Translations under genes and position numbers: made by a program
Notes under the pieces: generated by a model
Seen by the model: only the letters and a program-made list of their open reading frames with translations
Told to the model about the DNA's origin: nothing
The model's database searches: none
Source of the DNA: Vicugna vicugna
Lineage: Eukaryota
Direction: 5' to 3'
Assembly: GCA_013265495.1 (NCBI GenBank)
Contig: MU057887.1
Span: 1,563,985 to 1,627,984 of the forward strand
Length of the DNA stretch: 64,000 nucleotides
Part shown: piece by piece, positions 12,021 to 26,039 of the stretch
Numbering within the stretch: the first letter of the stretch is position 1
How the letters are laid out: every line of letters starts with the position of its first letter

Positions 12021-13522
12021 AGAATGCTGTAATAAATGCCGTGTCTGCTGGAGGTGCTTCCCCCTTTTATCCACCCCTAACTGGGTATTAAACTGCATTC
12101 GGTACGATATTACAGTTTAGGACACGTGTGATGAAAGTATAATTTAGGATAATTTTTTTAAGTTTAGAACTGAAATTTTAAGTAGAATCAGCTTTTGCCA
12201 CGCTGCAGACACTGAGCAAACTCAAAATAAAACCAAATAAAATTAGAAAAATTGATACTCACCTGGTATTTTTATTTTATACTGTTAAACATCTTAAAAC
12301 CTAATCTCTAGATGTGACTCTCATTTTGGTCATTTTTAATCACTGGTAATAAAGTCTACCATTGATCTGACACATCACCAATTCCAAAAGCAGCACAGAA
12401 TGAACTTACAAGGTTTTACGGGAATCTGTGACCCACAAATAACTTGCCAGGGTGTGAAGCAAGTTCTAACCACACACGCACACGGGGCCACCTCTGTCCC
12501 CCAGTCACGCTGCTCCTGCCTCTGGAAATGGTCTGTCTGCACACCCGGTACCCCGCCCCCAGCCCACACCAGATACACACACACGACATACGCTGCACAC
12601 ACACACAACCCACCAGATACGCACACACACACGGCCACCTGACTCGCGCAGGGTCCCCTGCTTCTCAGCGCACACACCATCACCTGGCTGGGGCCGCCGG
12701 GCCCTCCTCCCTCACCCGTGAGTCGGCCTGGCCTGCAGACGCTTTTCTGCCTCCTACTTGGTGGCAGCTCCCGAGGGCGGCTCTGCCTGTTCTGCTCAGA
12801 GCTGTGTGTGTCCCCCTCCCAGTCCTGGTCTCCGTGTCCCGCTTCTCTGCACGGTTTCGCTGGCTTCCCCCGGAGGCGGGTTGGTAACGGCAGCAGCGGC
12901 GGGCGCCCGTGAGGGCATCCCCGTGCCGAGTGCATAAGCGCCCGTAACCCTCCCAACAACCCGGAAGGCGCGTGTCAGGACCCCTGCTTGACGCATGGGC
13001 TTCTAGAAGGCTTTACAGATCCTCATCTGACTGGTGCTCAGGTCACAGAACACGTCCAGGCCAGGGACAGGAAGTGCCATGGCCAGGGCAGGCTTCCGGC
13101 AAATCTATCAAGTAATGTTTCCTGTCCTCACGCAGAGGTTGAAGAGAGCCTGCCCCACCGGCCACATCCACGCCAGCGAGCCCTCCCAGGCTGTTACATG
13201 GCATCACGTCCGGGGGCAAAGCCGAGCTGCAACTTTCCAGACCCAACTCTGCAGATGCATGTGGGGCTGAAGGCAAACGTTGCTCCGTGGGGGCTAAGCC
13301 TGGCCTGTGTCCCCAGGTGTCCCCTGCGAGTGCCAGCAGACCTTCTGGAACGCCCTGCTGTGCTGGGGTCCCCTCCTTATCACTGTCAACACCCGCTTCA
13401 CTGTGTTTTTTCTGTTTTGTTCTGTTTTTTTCGGTCACATAGAGCTTTATTTGTCACATGGTAACTACTTTGAAAATTAGGTCCCATCATTAAAATTTAG
13501 GGCCACAGTATCTAATGTTCTG

Positions 13523-13660
13523 TTTTCTTTTTGAGTTATAGTCAGTTTACAATGTTGTGGCAGTTTTTCAGTCGTACATGAACATGTATATGTTCATTTT
13601 CGTATTCTTTTTCACTGTGAGCTACCACAAGATCTTGAATATATTTCCCTGTGCTGTACT
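13523..13660 (-). mobile_element. 5'-truncated 3' end of a cetartiodactyl-type L1
   Basis: T-tract followed by gagttatagtcagtttacaatgttgtg...gaatatatttccctgtgctgtac, the reverse complement of a typical artiodactyl L1 terminus. Confidence 0.75.
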
Positions 13661-16600
13661 CACTTCACTTTGAAAACCAGAGTCAGGTAGAGCATGCTGG
13701 CGTCGTGCGACAACCCACACACCCAAGAGTCAAATTATAGTCACTTAGTGACCATGTGGCCACACTGCCCAGAGCCTGGAGACACAGTGTCCCCAGGGGG
13801 CTCAGCACCAGCGGGGGTGGGGGCAGCGTGGCCCGCATCCAGGCGACGATGCTTTCAGACGCGATCCGGGAGGAGGGGCACTGTGATACGTGCAGGCCCC
13901 CGATGGGGGGAGGGGGGCCCACAGGCCTGGCTGGTTGCAGAGACTCCCATGCGCCAGCTACAGCCCTGTCCCCAAGGGTGGCCCTCCATGGCCCGCTGGG
14001 ACAGTGCACCTACACCCCTCCTGGACAGACGAGCAAATGGGGCCCTGAGGGGTAAGGAGTGGAGTGAGGACAGACCCCAGCAGGTGTGGCTGGTAACTGG
14101 CTGGGTGACCCGGGTCCAACCTGCGCCCCCCACCCTGCCAGGACCCACCTCCTCATCCATCACCTGGGCGCCTCCACACAAGGCCTCATTCAAGAACTGC
14201 AGGGGCTGGGTTCTGTGACACCACATCATCACCGACTTCAGAACAGGAGGCCGAGGAGAGGGCAGCAGGGAAGAATGTGGATTTCCAGCGAGAACAAAGC
14301 CTCCTGAGGACACACATGTACGTGGGGAGTCCAGCCCCTCTCACACACTACATACATCCTCCTGCAGCGTAAATGCCACGGAGAGGACTTCTCCACCCCT
14401 GGAAACGAGCCTGAGACCCTGCCACCAGCGCGAACAGACCCCGGCCTCACGGGGCCCGCCGCAGACACAGCCTGCGATCACAGGTCTCGCCTGCACCAGT
14501 TCCTCGCGGGGACCGACAGACGGACACTGTGTGAGCACCCTGTGCGTGCCTACCCACCCCCTGGATGTTTCTAGAGCGTTTTCAGTCTCAGTTTCAGTCA
14601 AAGTAGGCAAATCTGGAAGACAGCCACTTCTCAGGCCCCCCTACCAGACCCAGGTAATTCCCACTGACTTTTTTCCTGTAGAAAAAACTGTCTTCTAACT
14701 CCACAGAAATGGGAAATTGGTCCTAGAGTTTGACGTTTGAAGGTCGTGTTCTCAAAGCTCCAGCCGGTGGTGGGCGGGGGGCACAGGCTGCAGGAACCAC
14801 GGGGCGTGGGACCCCGAGGGCCCCCCCGTCCCCCGCCCACCCGAAGGCCCCAGGCCTGATCACGGGACCCAGGCATCTTCACTCAGGGGTGCCCCACAAG
14901 TCTGGATCTTTATGTGAAATCTCCCGACTTAGTGTTGGCTACAACTTTAAAAGGAAAAAGAAAACTCACTTGGCAAGTCAGACAAAAAAATAACCGTGGC
15001 CAAACGTCGCCCGAGGACCACCCATCGGCAGCCCCCAGGAGGACAAGCGGGGGTTACTGACCACACGGATCCCAGGTGAGACGGTGGCACCCTCATCACA
15101 GTCGCCTCACCCAGTCCAGCCCGACACAAGGAGTTTAAAATAAACTCAGACCCCGTCCCTGGACGCGCACCGGTGTGGCTCCCCGAGGTTCTGCGAGCTC
15201 TGGGAGGTGGCGAGGCGGCCACACCAGGCCACCTGTCTGTGAGAACAGCGAGTCCTACACACTCACCCGCAGCAGACGCCGCTTCTATGGGAAAAATCAT
15301 TGTTTCTCTTGAATGTTCTATTTTTATAATGAAATTTCCATTTATTAAGTATTTCTTCTTATTGGTTTGTTTCAACAATGCAATAATTTCAAGCAAAACT
15401 CTAAGTGTATCCCAGCTATTCCCAGCCCCAAAGTTCACGATGCTCAGAGGAGGTGCCTGTCAACTGCAATTTATTGCTACTTGACCCAACAAAATGTGAC
15501 CTTTGACCCCTGTCTGCACACCAGCAGCAGCCACCACGATGTCACCAGGACGCTAGCCTGGGAGGGAACCTGGTGTGCCTGCCCGGCACGCTGCAAGAGC
15601 CTGTCTTGTCTGTCTGTCCACCACGGAGGCTCCTGGCAGACGCCTGAGGGTGTGTTCTTGAGGAACCCTCCCGACAGCCCCCCAACTCAGACCACCCTCC
15701 TCACCCTCTTCTGACCCAGGGTCAAGCCCGGCTCGCCAGCCCACCTTCTGCCACTCCAGCCGCCCTGACTGCTGACCAGGAGCGAGAGCGGACCCAGAGC
15801 AGAAGCAGAGGCTGGAAACCTAGCATTTCTGTGTGCAGGGACCTTCTCTACCAGACGGGAAGATGTGAGAGTTAAAGGATTCTCACCCAGAGGGCGCCTG
15901 GGCCAGATCCACATGTTAGCTGACCTTAGAACTTGCCAGGGCACGCGACAGTAACGTCTTCCGCTGTGACTCGGCTGCACGGGTGAAGTGTCCTCAGGGG
16001 CCATCCTGCCCTTGAGACCCTCCACCCCGTTCGGCTCAAGAAGCTCCAGAGAGTGGGGAGCGCCACCGTGTGTCCTCGCCAGCCCAGGACGGCAAAGCCC
16101 GAGGGGAGAAGCCTAGGATTGCCACGAAGGAGCAGGCTCGGGCACTTAGAGGAAGACCCAGAACCGGGGGCAGGCGGGACAGCATCGGGCACCTTTCTTA
16201 GAAAAAGGGGACAGTTGAGCTGTTTTAAGTCAGGTTTACGTGGGAAGAGAGGTGGGGCGGGGGAGGCTGGGGGGCAAGCCAGGGTCCCACCAGGAACCCC
16301 AAGCTCTCAAGAGTCTCTGTGGGTGGAATCAGTATCCAGCTCAGCTGAGTCTCCTTTTGAACCTTTCTAGATAATTCCAGGCACAAAACCTTTGGAATCC
16401 TTCTGCCTTAAAATATTCCAAGATGCACTTTTCTCTTAGAGGCTATTCAGTGATCAGATAGAGCGTGGGTTTACGCTGAACTTTGAAACAAGTGAGTCAC
16501 AGAGGCTTCCTTATGAGTAACCATGACAAAACCCAGGCCCTGTGCCCATGCTATCCGCCAGCCTTCACTCGCTGGCCCAGCGTCACCGTGGGGCCAACAC

Positions 16601-17679
16601 GCTCCAGACAGGGAGGCGGTGCAGGGCCAGAAACCCCTGCCCTCTGGTGACTAACAGTCGGAGGTGGGGAGACATCTGACAAATAAAGTTGACATAAATG
16701 TTTAATCAAGCTATCCAGAGTCACAAATGCTACAGAAAAGGCTGTGGAGCAGGTTCACAGGCTGGGGGTTGGAGGGGCCCAGCAAGCTCAGCGAGGAGCC
16801 GTGCAAAGGCCCTGGGGCACAGCATCCATGTGGAGCAGGACAGGAGGAGGCTGCGGGACTACAGCAGAGTGAGTGGGGAAGTATCACAGAGGTGGTGCGG
16901 GGTTTGCAGGGCTTGACGCCCCCGTGGCAGATGACCACGGCAGACCCAGAGGCCACACGAGGTCACGGGTCCCTGTCCCATCTGCCGGTCTCCCATGGAT
17001 GCTCGGGGGGCCCGGGGACTGCAGCGCAGGCGGCCCTGGCCAGGGAGGAGTGGCTCCATGCGCTCACCGCCTCGGACACTAATCTAAGATGCTTCTCGGG
17101 GCGTGGGCGCCTTTGCCGAATTGTTGGGTGATGAGTGGACAGAACGAGAGGTCAGGAGTGTGTTTCAGGGGACCTGGACTCCTGGTGGATGTGCGCCTAA
17201 AGCTCAGGCCCTCAGACCCTCTTCCATGGAACATTCTCCATCAGGCCACCCGGGATCCCCGGGCATCGGGGCAGACCTGCTGCAGGCCTGGCACCTTCCA
17301 CCTGGGGCCCCGAGAGGCCACACAGTCCTGGGGGCTGATGGCTGGGGGGCTGGAGACGGGGCCCTGGGAGGGATGCAGCCTGTGTGCTCTGGATGGAGGC
17401 CCAGGAATCAGTGCCCTGCACGAGTCACCCTTTGTGGCCTCACAGAGTGCGCACAACGTGGCGCCCCAAGGACGGCTTCTCGAGGCGTGTGACCACGGAA
17501 GCAGCGAGATGCCAGGACTGCCGGGGCAGAGGGCTGGGAGGGCGGGGGAGGGCCTGGCTCCTCTCCACCCAGGAACGGCTGCACCAACTCACACCTGCAC
17601 ACGCACACACATTCACACATGCACACACATGTGTTCACTATCACACACACCTGCCCTTTGCACTGGGGTGTGGAGACAG

Positions 17680-17715
17680 GATGTGGACACGAGCACTGAT
17701 GTGGACACTAGCACT
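17680..17715. repeat. 18-bp tandem duplication gatgtggacac(g/t)agcact x2
   Basis: Directly visible, one mismatch. Confidence 0.9.
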
Positions 17716-18559
17716 GCTGACAGTTCACTGGAACCCCCATGTAAAGAGACGTCATTGACACCGTTCCAGAAAGGCCAGAGTGGCTTCCCAACATGCCAGC
17801 ACAGTCCTGACCACCTCATTTGTCGCCCTTTGTCCCTTCACTCTGGCCACAGCAGGGAGAGCCCAGCAGTCCTGGGGCACCAGAGGGCCAGGCACCTGAT
17901 CAAGCATGGACGGCTCTAAGGGCCCCAGCCCTGCCACCCTTGAGGCTCCGCTCCATCAGCACCTTTTGGGAAATGCCGTGGCTGCACCTGCACGGGCCCA
18001 TTTCTCAGCTGGTCCATGGAACGGGGCTCTCCTTGTGTCCCCAGGCCGTGGGCTCAGCAGACAGGCTGCATTCACCCTTGATCTGCGGACCTTGTACCCG
18101 GGAACACACAGGACACGGCCCACCTCTGAGTCACACCTGCCACACGCTCCCACCTCCAGCCTAGTGACCAAGAGGACAGAGAACTTCAGGAGCCCGTGTG
18201 GTGCCTCACCCCACTGACTGGCTCCTGCTCCTGGAACCCACTCTTCCACCACCCACCTGCTCGGAAAGGCCAGTGGGAGCTACTGAAATAAATTCTAGAA
18301 CCCACATCCTCGGAGGGGGTGCACCATGGGATCCCGAGTTCCGAGCTCCAGAGCCGCCTGCTGGCTGAGACCCCTGTGAGCCCGGGACGGCCACCTCTGA
18401 AGCAAGGACTGCACCAGGATCGCTCCGAGGGCTGTGGCGAGGGTTCCGTGGGGCAGCAAACACAGCTGTGGGCACAGGAACGCCAGCCTAACAGACGCAG
18501 CCCTCAGACTAGTTCTGAGCGGGCCGGAGCAGGCCCACGACCGCCTCTCTCCCCGACGG

Positions 18560-20150
18560 GGGACTCAACAGCAGAACAGAGGGACAGAGGAAAGAATCAG
18601 TGAACTAGAAGATAGGACAAAAGAAGTTACTCAAACTGAATAGAGGAAGACAGAACCAGCAACAACAACAGATGGAGCCTCAGGGACCTGGGGATCATAG
18701 CAGCAGGCCTCACCCTGCGTCCCCACAGGCCCGGAGTAAAGAAGGAGGGGCTGCAGAAGTGCGCGAAAAAATAATGGCTTGAAAACTCCCCAAATTTGCA
18801 AAAGATGTAACCTCAGTTATGACTCATCCAAAGAAGTCCAACCCGAGACATGCCACCGCCTAGACCCTGGAAGCACGAACAAGTGCAAGCGCAAAGGGAA
18901 GAATCTTAAAGTTGGCGAGAGAGGAGCAACACTTCACCTCCAGGGGGAGGAAACCCGAATGACAGCGGATTTCTCCTCCAAAAGCCAAACCCAAAAACCA
19001 AAAACAAACAAATGGAAACCAGAGGGAAGTGGCACAATGTGTTCCCAGTGCTGAAGGAAAAGATCTGTCAACCCGAATCTTACACCCAGCAAAGCTGTCC
19101 TCCAGGGTAAGGAAGAAATCGAGACATTCTTAGCTAAAGGAAAACTTAGCAAACTTGTTGCCAGCAGACCTATCCTAAAAGAAAGGAGATAGAAAGGAAA
19201 TGAGTCCCCGAACGAAAAAGAAAAAAGGAAGAAAGAACACAGTCATCAAAGATATGGGCAAATACAGTAGAATTTCTTCCTCTTCTGGGTTTTCCAAAGT
19301 ATGTTCGAGGCTTGAAAATAAAATTATAACACTAACGTGGTTCTAAGTGCACACAGAGGAAATAATTAAGACAATCTTATTATAAAATGGAGAAAAGTGA
19401 AGTGACGTAGAGAGAGGTAAGGTTTCCACGCTTCTCTCAAGCTGGTAGGTGACAGCGCCACCAGCCGGGGCTGGGACACGCACACGTGAACCGACACCCA
19501 GGGCAACCGTGGACACGCGCTCAAAGCAATACGGACATCTCACCGCAACGAGAAACCAGCCAAAAAGATTAAGATACACGGACAAGTCAGAATGGAATTC
19601 TAAAGAAATGTTTCTAAGTAATTCACAGGAAGGCGAGAAAAAGAAAATAAGAGGAATGAAAATAGAAAACCAAAAGTAAAGTGGCAGAGCTAAGCCCTAG
19701 TATATTTACATTAAAAAGACACAAAGTGGCCTAGTTGATTTAAAGAACAGGACTCAGCTCTATGAAGCCTAAAGAAACACTTCAGATCTGATGAGGTAAG
19801 CAGGCTGAAGGCGAGAGGCGGGAGGGGCTGCGTCAGTAAGCACGGCAGACGTCAGAACACACAAAATGATCAGAGATGGGGAGGGGGCGTCACACGGTGG
19901 GAGAAGGGTCCATCCAAAATGAAGCCGTGGCAATCCTGGACGTGTATGCACCGACCAACAGAGCAGGAAAACACATAAAGCAAAAACTGACAGAACTCCA
20001 GGGAGAAACAGAAACGCCCACACTCGTGGTTGGAGACTTCAACACAGCTCTCTCAACAACTGACAGAGCCGCCAGACAGAAGACCAGCAAGGATACAGAA
20101 GAACTAACACCACCGTCAACCGACACGAGCCAACCGTTTCCCCAGCACCA
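18560..20150 (+). mobile_element. Ancient L1 fragment covering decayed ORF1 and the ORF2 endonuclease domain
   Basis: ORF1-like gaggaaagaatcagtgaactagaagatagg; 19906-20106 translates to GSIQNEAVAILDVYAPTNRA...VVGDFNTALSTTDRAARQKTSKDTEEL with the L1 endonuclease YAP and GDFN motifs. Confidence 0.9.
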
Positions 20151-20577
20151 CCGGCAACAGCCCCGCGTGTTCCTTCCCGGTGCCTGTGGACATGCGCCAG
20201 GACAGACCCCATCGCTCCAGGGGCTCCTTTTGCTTTTCGGTTCATTCAAACTTGGGCTGGTGTGGGCGGGTCTGTATGAACCTGGTCAGAAGGGAACGGA
20301 ATGGACCAATTCCAGTGCCTACGGCCAGTCTGCAAACAGGGCTGCTATTCCTTGGGGGAGGCTGAAACCGCCCCTGGTCTGATGGGCTTTCTGCCTGCAG
20401 ACAGTGCATGACTGGGTCAGAACCCAAATAACGTGTGTTCTCCAAATTGCAGGAGCAATTTTTCCAGGTGACCAGATTTGTCTGCTTGCTTCAGTCAAAG
20501 TGTTTCCAGTCATCTGGATTAGCTGCTTTCATAATACAATACATTGGTATTCTTTTCTCATGAATAACAATTTAGAG

Positions 20578-20780
20578 CAGGGTCAGCCAACTCCAGGCCA
20601 AATCTAGCCTTCTGGCTACTTCTGTAAATAAATTTTTTTATTGACACACGGCCACATGCATTCATTCACATGCTGCCTGCAGCTGCCTGCAGTGCTAAAA
20701 CAGCAGAGTTGAGACGCTGTGGCCCACAAAGACTAAAATATCTGCTATCTGGTTCTTTAAGAAAGTGTTTGCTAGTTCTA
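20578..20780. mobile_element. MER58A-like hAT-Charlie DNA transposon fossil
   Basis: cagggtcagccaac...gtaaataaatttt...tggcccacaaagactaaaatat...; 8-bp flanks atttagag / ttttagag consistent with a hAT TSD. Confidence 0.8.
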
Positions 20781-22900
20781 TTTTAGAGCAACAAATAAAA
20801 GCTAACCTTGGGATTATCTCAGAATAATTGCAGTATTTATGACCACGTTCAGCTACTGTTAACTCGTGTAATTGGACAATCACTAAGGGACACGGAGGGC
20901 AGGACTGGTGTTTTTCTGACACCTGCTTTTGAAACCACAACACTTGGATTCTGAAAAATCTCTTCCTGAACTAATCACATGCAAATCTGGAAAGAAGTAC
21001 GTAGACAGGATTGCCATTTATTTCCTGTTCAAATACACTGAGATTTCTCCCTATCAAGATGCGCTGGTAACTGTTTCTACGTAATCTGACTGCTGACAGG
21101 ACTTCTGCCTTCACAGTGGGGCCGAAATGAGACCCATCAGGTGGGGAGTGAAACCCAGCCCCCTCGGATCTGCGGTGTTCACGCCTGGTGACTGCGCGGC
21201 GTTTGTGGGCTTCACACAAACCATTTGGCTTCCTGGCCACTTCCAATGGTTTCAGACCCACATCTCTTTGGAGAAAAGTAAAGGTGCTCAGAGAGCAAGT
21301 GACCAGCAGGACCCTGGCCCCCAGTGCTTTCCTGCCATCAGCCGCCAACCCCGCCGACCCCACAAAGGGCCCGCCCGAGCCCAGGCCTGGGCCGGTCTCC
21401 TTCCTCACATACGCAGCAATTCAGTGTTTACTCGGCACCTACTGTGTACACAGAACAATAGGAGGAACTCAGGGGGAGCGGGAAAGAGGTGCCATGAAGG
21501 GGGGTGAGTCCGTCTGACACTGGACTCCTGCCCCTGAGAGAACGCAGGGTAGATAAGACACAGAGTCCAACAAAAAAGAAAGAAAAAAGACAGCAAGTAA
21601 CACAAAGTACAAAGACATAAGCAGCAGAGAGGGACAAACAGCTCTGCAAACCACCAACAGAGAGATCACCGAAGGGCCAGGAACTAGAGAGCCTGGCCTT
21701 GACCGAGGGTGAGGCCCGACCGCAGGGCAGGGGAGGGGGCACACCACCAGAGAGGGCCGGGGCGCAGGGGACGGGCTGAGCGGGCTCAGGAAGAGAAGGG
21801 GGTGTGGAGTGGCCAGGGTCAGACCGTGGGGAGCCCTGAATGCAAGCCTGGCAGCACGTGAAAGAACCTTCTAGCAGGGCAAGCATCCCCACGGGACGTG
21901 GCCAGCTGCCGTCCGCGGAGGTGCGCCCAGCCAGCCGCCGGGGCAGGGCTGGGGCGCTGCGGCTCCATTAGCAGGGCTCTGAGGTGCTTCCCAAACTTCC
22001 ACCCCGACAAACTGGGGTTCAGCCATCAGAGAAGGACAGTGGGGGTTGCACAGCGAGCCAGGATGGAGACGGGAAGACGAGGGGCAGGTGGTGGCGGCAG
22101 TCATCTGAACCAGCATGTGAGGGAGCTGAGACATTGTCACACAGTGGCAGGTGACCCTGGGAACCCGCAGCAGCCGGCGGGGGCACACGGGCCTGGGAGC
22201 AAGTCCAGAGCTCCAGCTGGCCGGGTTGGGTCTGAGATGCTGGCGGTCTCCAGTGGCAAACTGGGCGTCGTCGGAAACTTGGAAACAAAGCTCAGGGGAA
22301 ATCAGGACAGAAGACAGAGCATTAGGAGAAATCCACATGGTGCTAATCACTGAAATCACGAAGTCAGGACACAGTGTGAAGGTGAAGCGTAGCTTATCCT
22401 GGACCAATCTCTCATTCAGGAAACAGCACACAAACGGCAGGGACCAACCACAATCCCTAGAAATTGCTGTGTGCAAAAATCCAGACTGTTCGAGAAGATA
22501 GCTAAATCAGGTGGGGGGCAGAAAGCCAAAAAACATCAGCGGTATCTTAACAAACCCACACAGAAAACACGTCTGGAGTATGAAAGACAGTTCCTTAGAC
22601 CCTAGTCTTTGTCCTTAGGACAGATGACCCAACGCAGCAAATCCACCGAACGATTCCCTTAAAATGTGTGAATTTTACTGAGTGCAGATTACACCTCAAT
22701 GAAGTTGATGTTAATAAAAATCATGTTCCAAGAGAAGGGACAGTACTACGCATATTTACAAAGACACGAGCGCTTAATATTATTCATTGCTGAAGGGTAA
22801 GGTGAGGGTGATTTTTTTTTCTGTGTTTTCCAGATTTTATTAGATCAACAGGAGTCTACTTTTGTGAGCAGAAAAAAAGTGTTTTAATATCTGTGTGCCT

Positions 22901-23178
22901 ACGTTTTGCTGTGCATTGCCTAGGGGTGGCGACACACACACACACACACACACAGCGCCCTACCCCAACTCTAGAGGAACCTGCCTCCAGAGTCTCTCTG
23001 AGCATGTTTTGCTGTGCATTGCCTAGGGGTGGTGCTGGGGACACTGTAAATACAGGGGGGACTTGCACAAGGAGCTTGCCAGCAGCCCTGGGGCATGGAG
23101 GGGGCTGTGGGAGGAAGGGGGAGTTGTCCTTCAAAGGCGGAGCCTGGGCGGCGCCCTACCCCAACCCAAGGTACCAAT

Positions 23179-23219
<41 letters not shown>

Positions 23220-23274
23220 CACCCTACCCCAACTCTAGAGGAACCTGCCTCCAGAGTCTCTCTGAGCACGTTTT
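22901..23274. repeat. Local tandem duplication containing two (CA)n microsatellites (22932-22954 and 23181-23218)
   Basis: 27-bp block at 22903-22929 = 23006-23032; ~55-bp block following each CA tract is nearly identical. Confidence 0.92.
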
Positions 23275-25079
23275 CCTGCAGCCCCGGGGGTATAACCCAG
23301 ATACAGTTTCAGTCTGTTTCAAGTTGAACCACCTCCTCCAGGGTGAGGAGCCTCTGTCGGGTTTCCTGTTTTCAGTCCGCTGACTTCCGACCAGGCTGGT
23401 GCCCCGGAGAGCATTCACTGACTCCCAGCTTCCTGGAAAGCAGCCCTCTTGGGGTGCAGAAAACTCCGCCCTCCCCATTCCCAGTCCTACCTTTGCTCTC
23501 GAACACCGACTCACCCCTCCGCAGAGGAAAGAGCATGTGCCTGGATGAAAAGCCAGCTCCCTTTTGTACATCACATACCTTCTGAGCAATCAATTCAAAG
23601 CTTCAGTTTTCCTGTCTGAAACAGGAGCGATGCTATCGAGAAACCCAGCGGGTCGGACACGGCAGTCACACCCAGTGCACACAGTGGCCCACCAGGTCCC
23701 TTCTTGTCTGGCCTTCTTTCAAGGTGTTTTCAATTTGCTTCTGACCCCAACCGTCCCCTGGAGCCTGTTTCTGCACAGCCTCCCTTCCCACCCACCCTCC
23801 CCCGCCACCAGGCCACAGTCCCTCCAGGAACATCTGGACACACCTGGGGCTGTGGCAGGGTGGGCACTGCCACTCTGAAACTCAATTAAATGCCCCAGGG
23901 ACTGGTTCACGTCTCCCCTACTGACCAGACTGCCCTGGAGCATGGACTCCCCGAACTTGCGCCCAGTCCTTTGGGCCTGCAGAGGTGGGAAGAGAGCCCC
24001 AAGCTGCAGCAGCGGGGTTCCCGCGCTGCTGACCCGGGGTTTTTGCATCATGGTAGAGAGCACAGAGGGTGCTGAGAGCAGGCTGCTCCCTGAGGAAGCC
24101 CACCCGTCAGGGAACCCGCGGCCCCGGCCTCTCCAGGGAGGGGAGGACCAATCTCTCGGCATACCAGTTGGGAAGCTCCGCGTGAACCTGCAGGAAAGGG
24201 CCTTCACGATTTGTGAGAGTGAAGCAGCCACCATTCCAAGAAAGAGGGTGGGCAGCTGTGAAAGTGAGGAGCCCGCAGAAGTCAGCTGACCCAAAGTGGA
24301 CCCTGCCACGCTGCACGACCCAGAATCCAGTGACTAGAAACCATAATAGTAGCCAGCCAAGGATGCCGACGCTGAAAGCAGGCCACAAGTGGCCTCCCCC
24401 CAGACGCCCCGAAGGGTGGGGTCCATCCCGCGTCCACGTGGCGGCTTAGGCCTGTGGGAGGCCACACCACCCGGTGCTTAAAAGCACAGCCTCCAATCCA
24501 AATCCGGTTCAACCACTAACTGGGCCAGTTTCTTAAACTCTGTAGCTCTGTCTCTTCATCTGTAAAAGACAGGAGAGCTGCTCTGCAGGAACCCATCGAG
24601 TCTGAATGGGACATGGCACAGAAGCATGGTGGCTGCACCCAACTGCCCCATCAAACGACACTTCCCCGTTCTTAAGCCAAGACATTGACAGGCAAGTTCA
24701 AAAGCCCTCGGGGCCAGGCCAGGCCAGGACAAATCCAGAGCTCAGGCCCTGGCATGTGGTGCCAGGAGGCTGGAGGGTGCCATCTGAGGAAGGACATTTT
24801 TTCCAAAGGGGACAACAGGAAGCTGGTAGAAGAGTAAAGCCTCAGACACCCAGCCACAGACAAGCTCCCATCTGTGTCTGGTGGTCCCGAGGCCCGAAAC
24901 CAAGAGTCCAAGACCACCCTTGACCATGGCCCCACCCCCCCAAGCAGTGTCAGAAAGCAGGCCGACTGCGCCCAAAGCATGTACAAGGCATCCCAAACTC
25001 AGCACGACCACCAGAGAATCCAGATCTCCACCCCCCCATAAGTAAAACATTCATTCCTGCCCCTCCTGCAACTTCCATC

Positions 25080-25620
25080 ACCACAAACTTGTAATTCACG
25101 CGCCCCTCCTGCTCATTCAATCCACGCAGACCCAGCCCTGCTCCCCATCACCCCTGCCTGGACGAGGCCAGCACCTCCTATCTGCAGTTCCTTGTCCCTC
25201 CTCTGTCCGCTCTCCTCCAAGCCTCCGCAGGGGTCCTCTCACCAGGGGACCGCATCTCAGTCCCTGCTACCCAAACAGCCCTGTTCCCCCCCACCTCTTG
25301 GCCGCACCACGCGGGCCTCCCAGCTGGTCTCAGACCTTGGCACCTGCTGTCCCCCTGCCTGGGCCATCTCTCCCCAGCACGCACAGATCTCTCCAGGGCT
25401 CTTGTCCAACGCTGCCCTGGGACCCCCTTTGCCCCCACCCTGCAGGGCTCATCTGCTCAGACACACACTTCCCTGTGTGCTACTCTGTTTCCTGTCCTAC
25501 TGGAAAATGCCCCACTGCAGCAGGGACTTCGCCACATGAACTGAGCCGAGGCAAGGAGGCCGCTGCACTCTGCCCAACAGGCCTTCAATAAAACTTGCGA
25601 AAGACAAATGAATGAAATGG
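25080..25620 (+). mobile_element. Degraded L2 3' fragment
   Basis: Pyrimidine-rich L2-like body ending in caataaa...aatgaatgaaatg. Confidence 0.5.
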
Positions 25621-26039
25621 AACATGCCCACACTCGCCAGCCCTGGGCTTCCTCTGCCACAGAGGCCCCTCCTTCTCACTGTCCAAATGGGCCTTCTGTA
25701 ATCCTCCTCCTCCTCCCCAGGGTCAAATGACATCTCCCTGATAAGCCTCTGTCCATCCCTCTGCCACTGGACAGCTCAGCCCCTTCTCCTTGGGGACAGA
25801 GTGTGTCCTTTCTATTTAAACTACACTTCTGCAGATAGGAGGGCCTCTGCAGGTCATGTGTCCAGCCTGTTGCATCAAACTTAACACCCCTCCTTGTCCC
25901 GCGGGGAGCACATCCCAGACAGAAGGGCATCAGCCCTTCTTTCACTTTGCAACAGGAGTTCCTGTCTCCCCTCTGGTTCCCCGCTAACAAAAAGCATCTG
26001 TCCTCGGGTTAAACTGAAACCAAGTTTGGGAGGGGAGCC

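Noticed and set aside
17089..17919. 276-aa plus-strand ORF
   Set aside because: Antisense in CERK intron 1, low-complexity composition including a CA-repeat-derived THT stretch, no recognisable domain; expected by chance at this GC content.
19876..20382. Functional endonuclease gene / active L1
   Set aside because: Only about 67 codons are L1-like; the element is truncated and disrupted, with no reverse transcriptase region.
22901..23274. CRISPR-like repeat-spacer array
   Set aside because: Only two copies of each block, irregular spacing, eukaryotic context; explained by tandem duplication.
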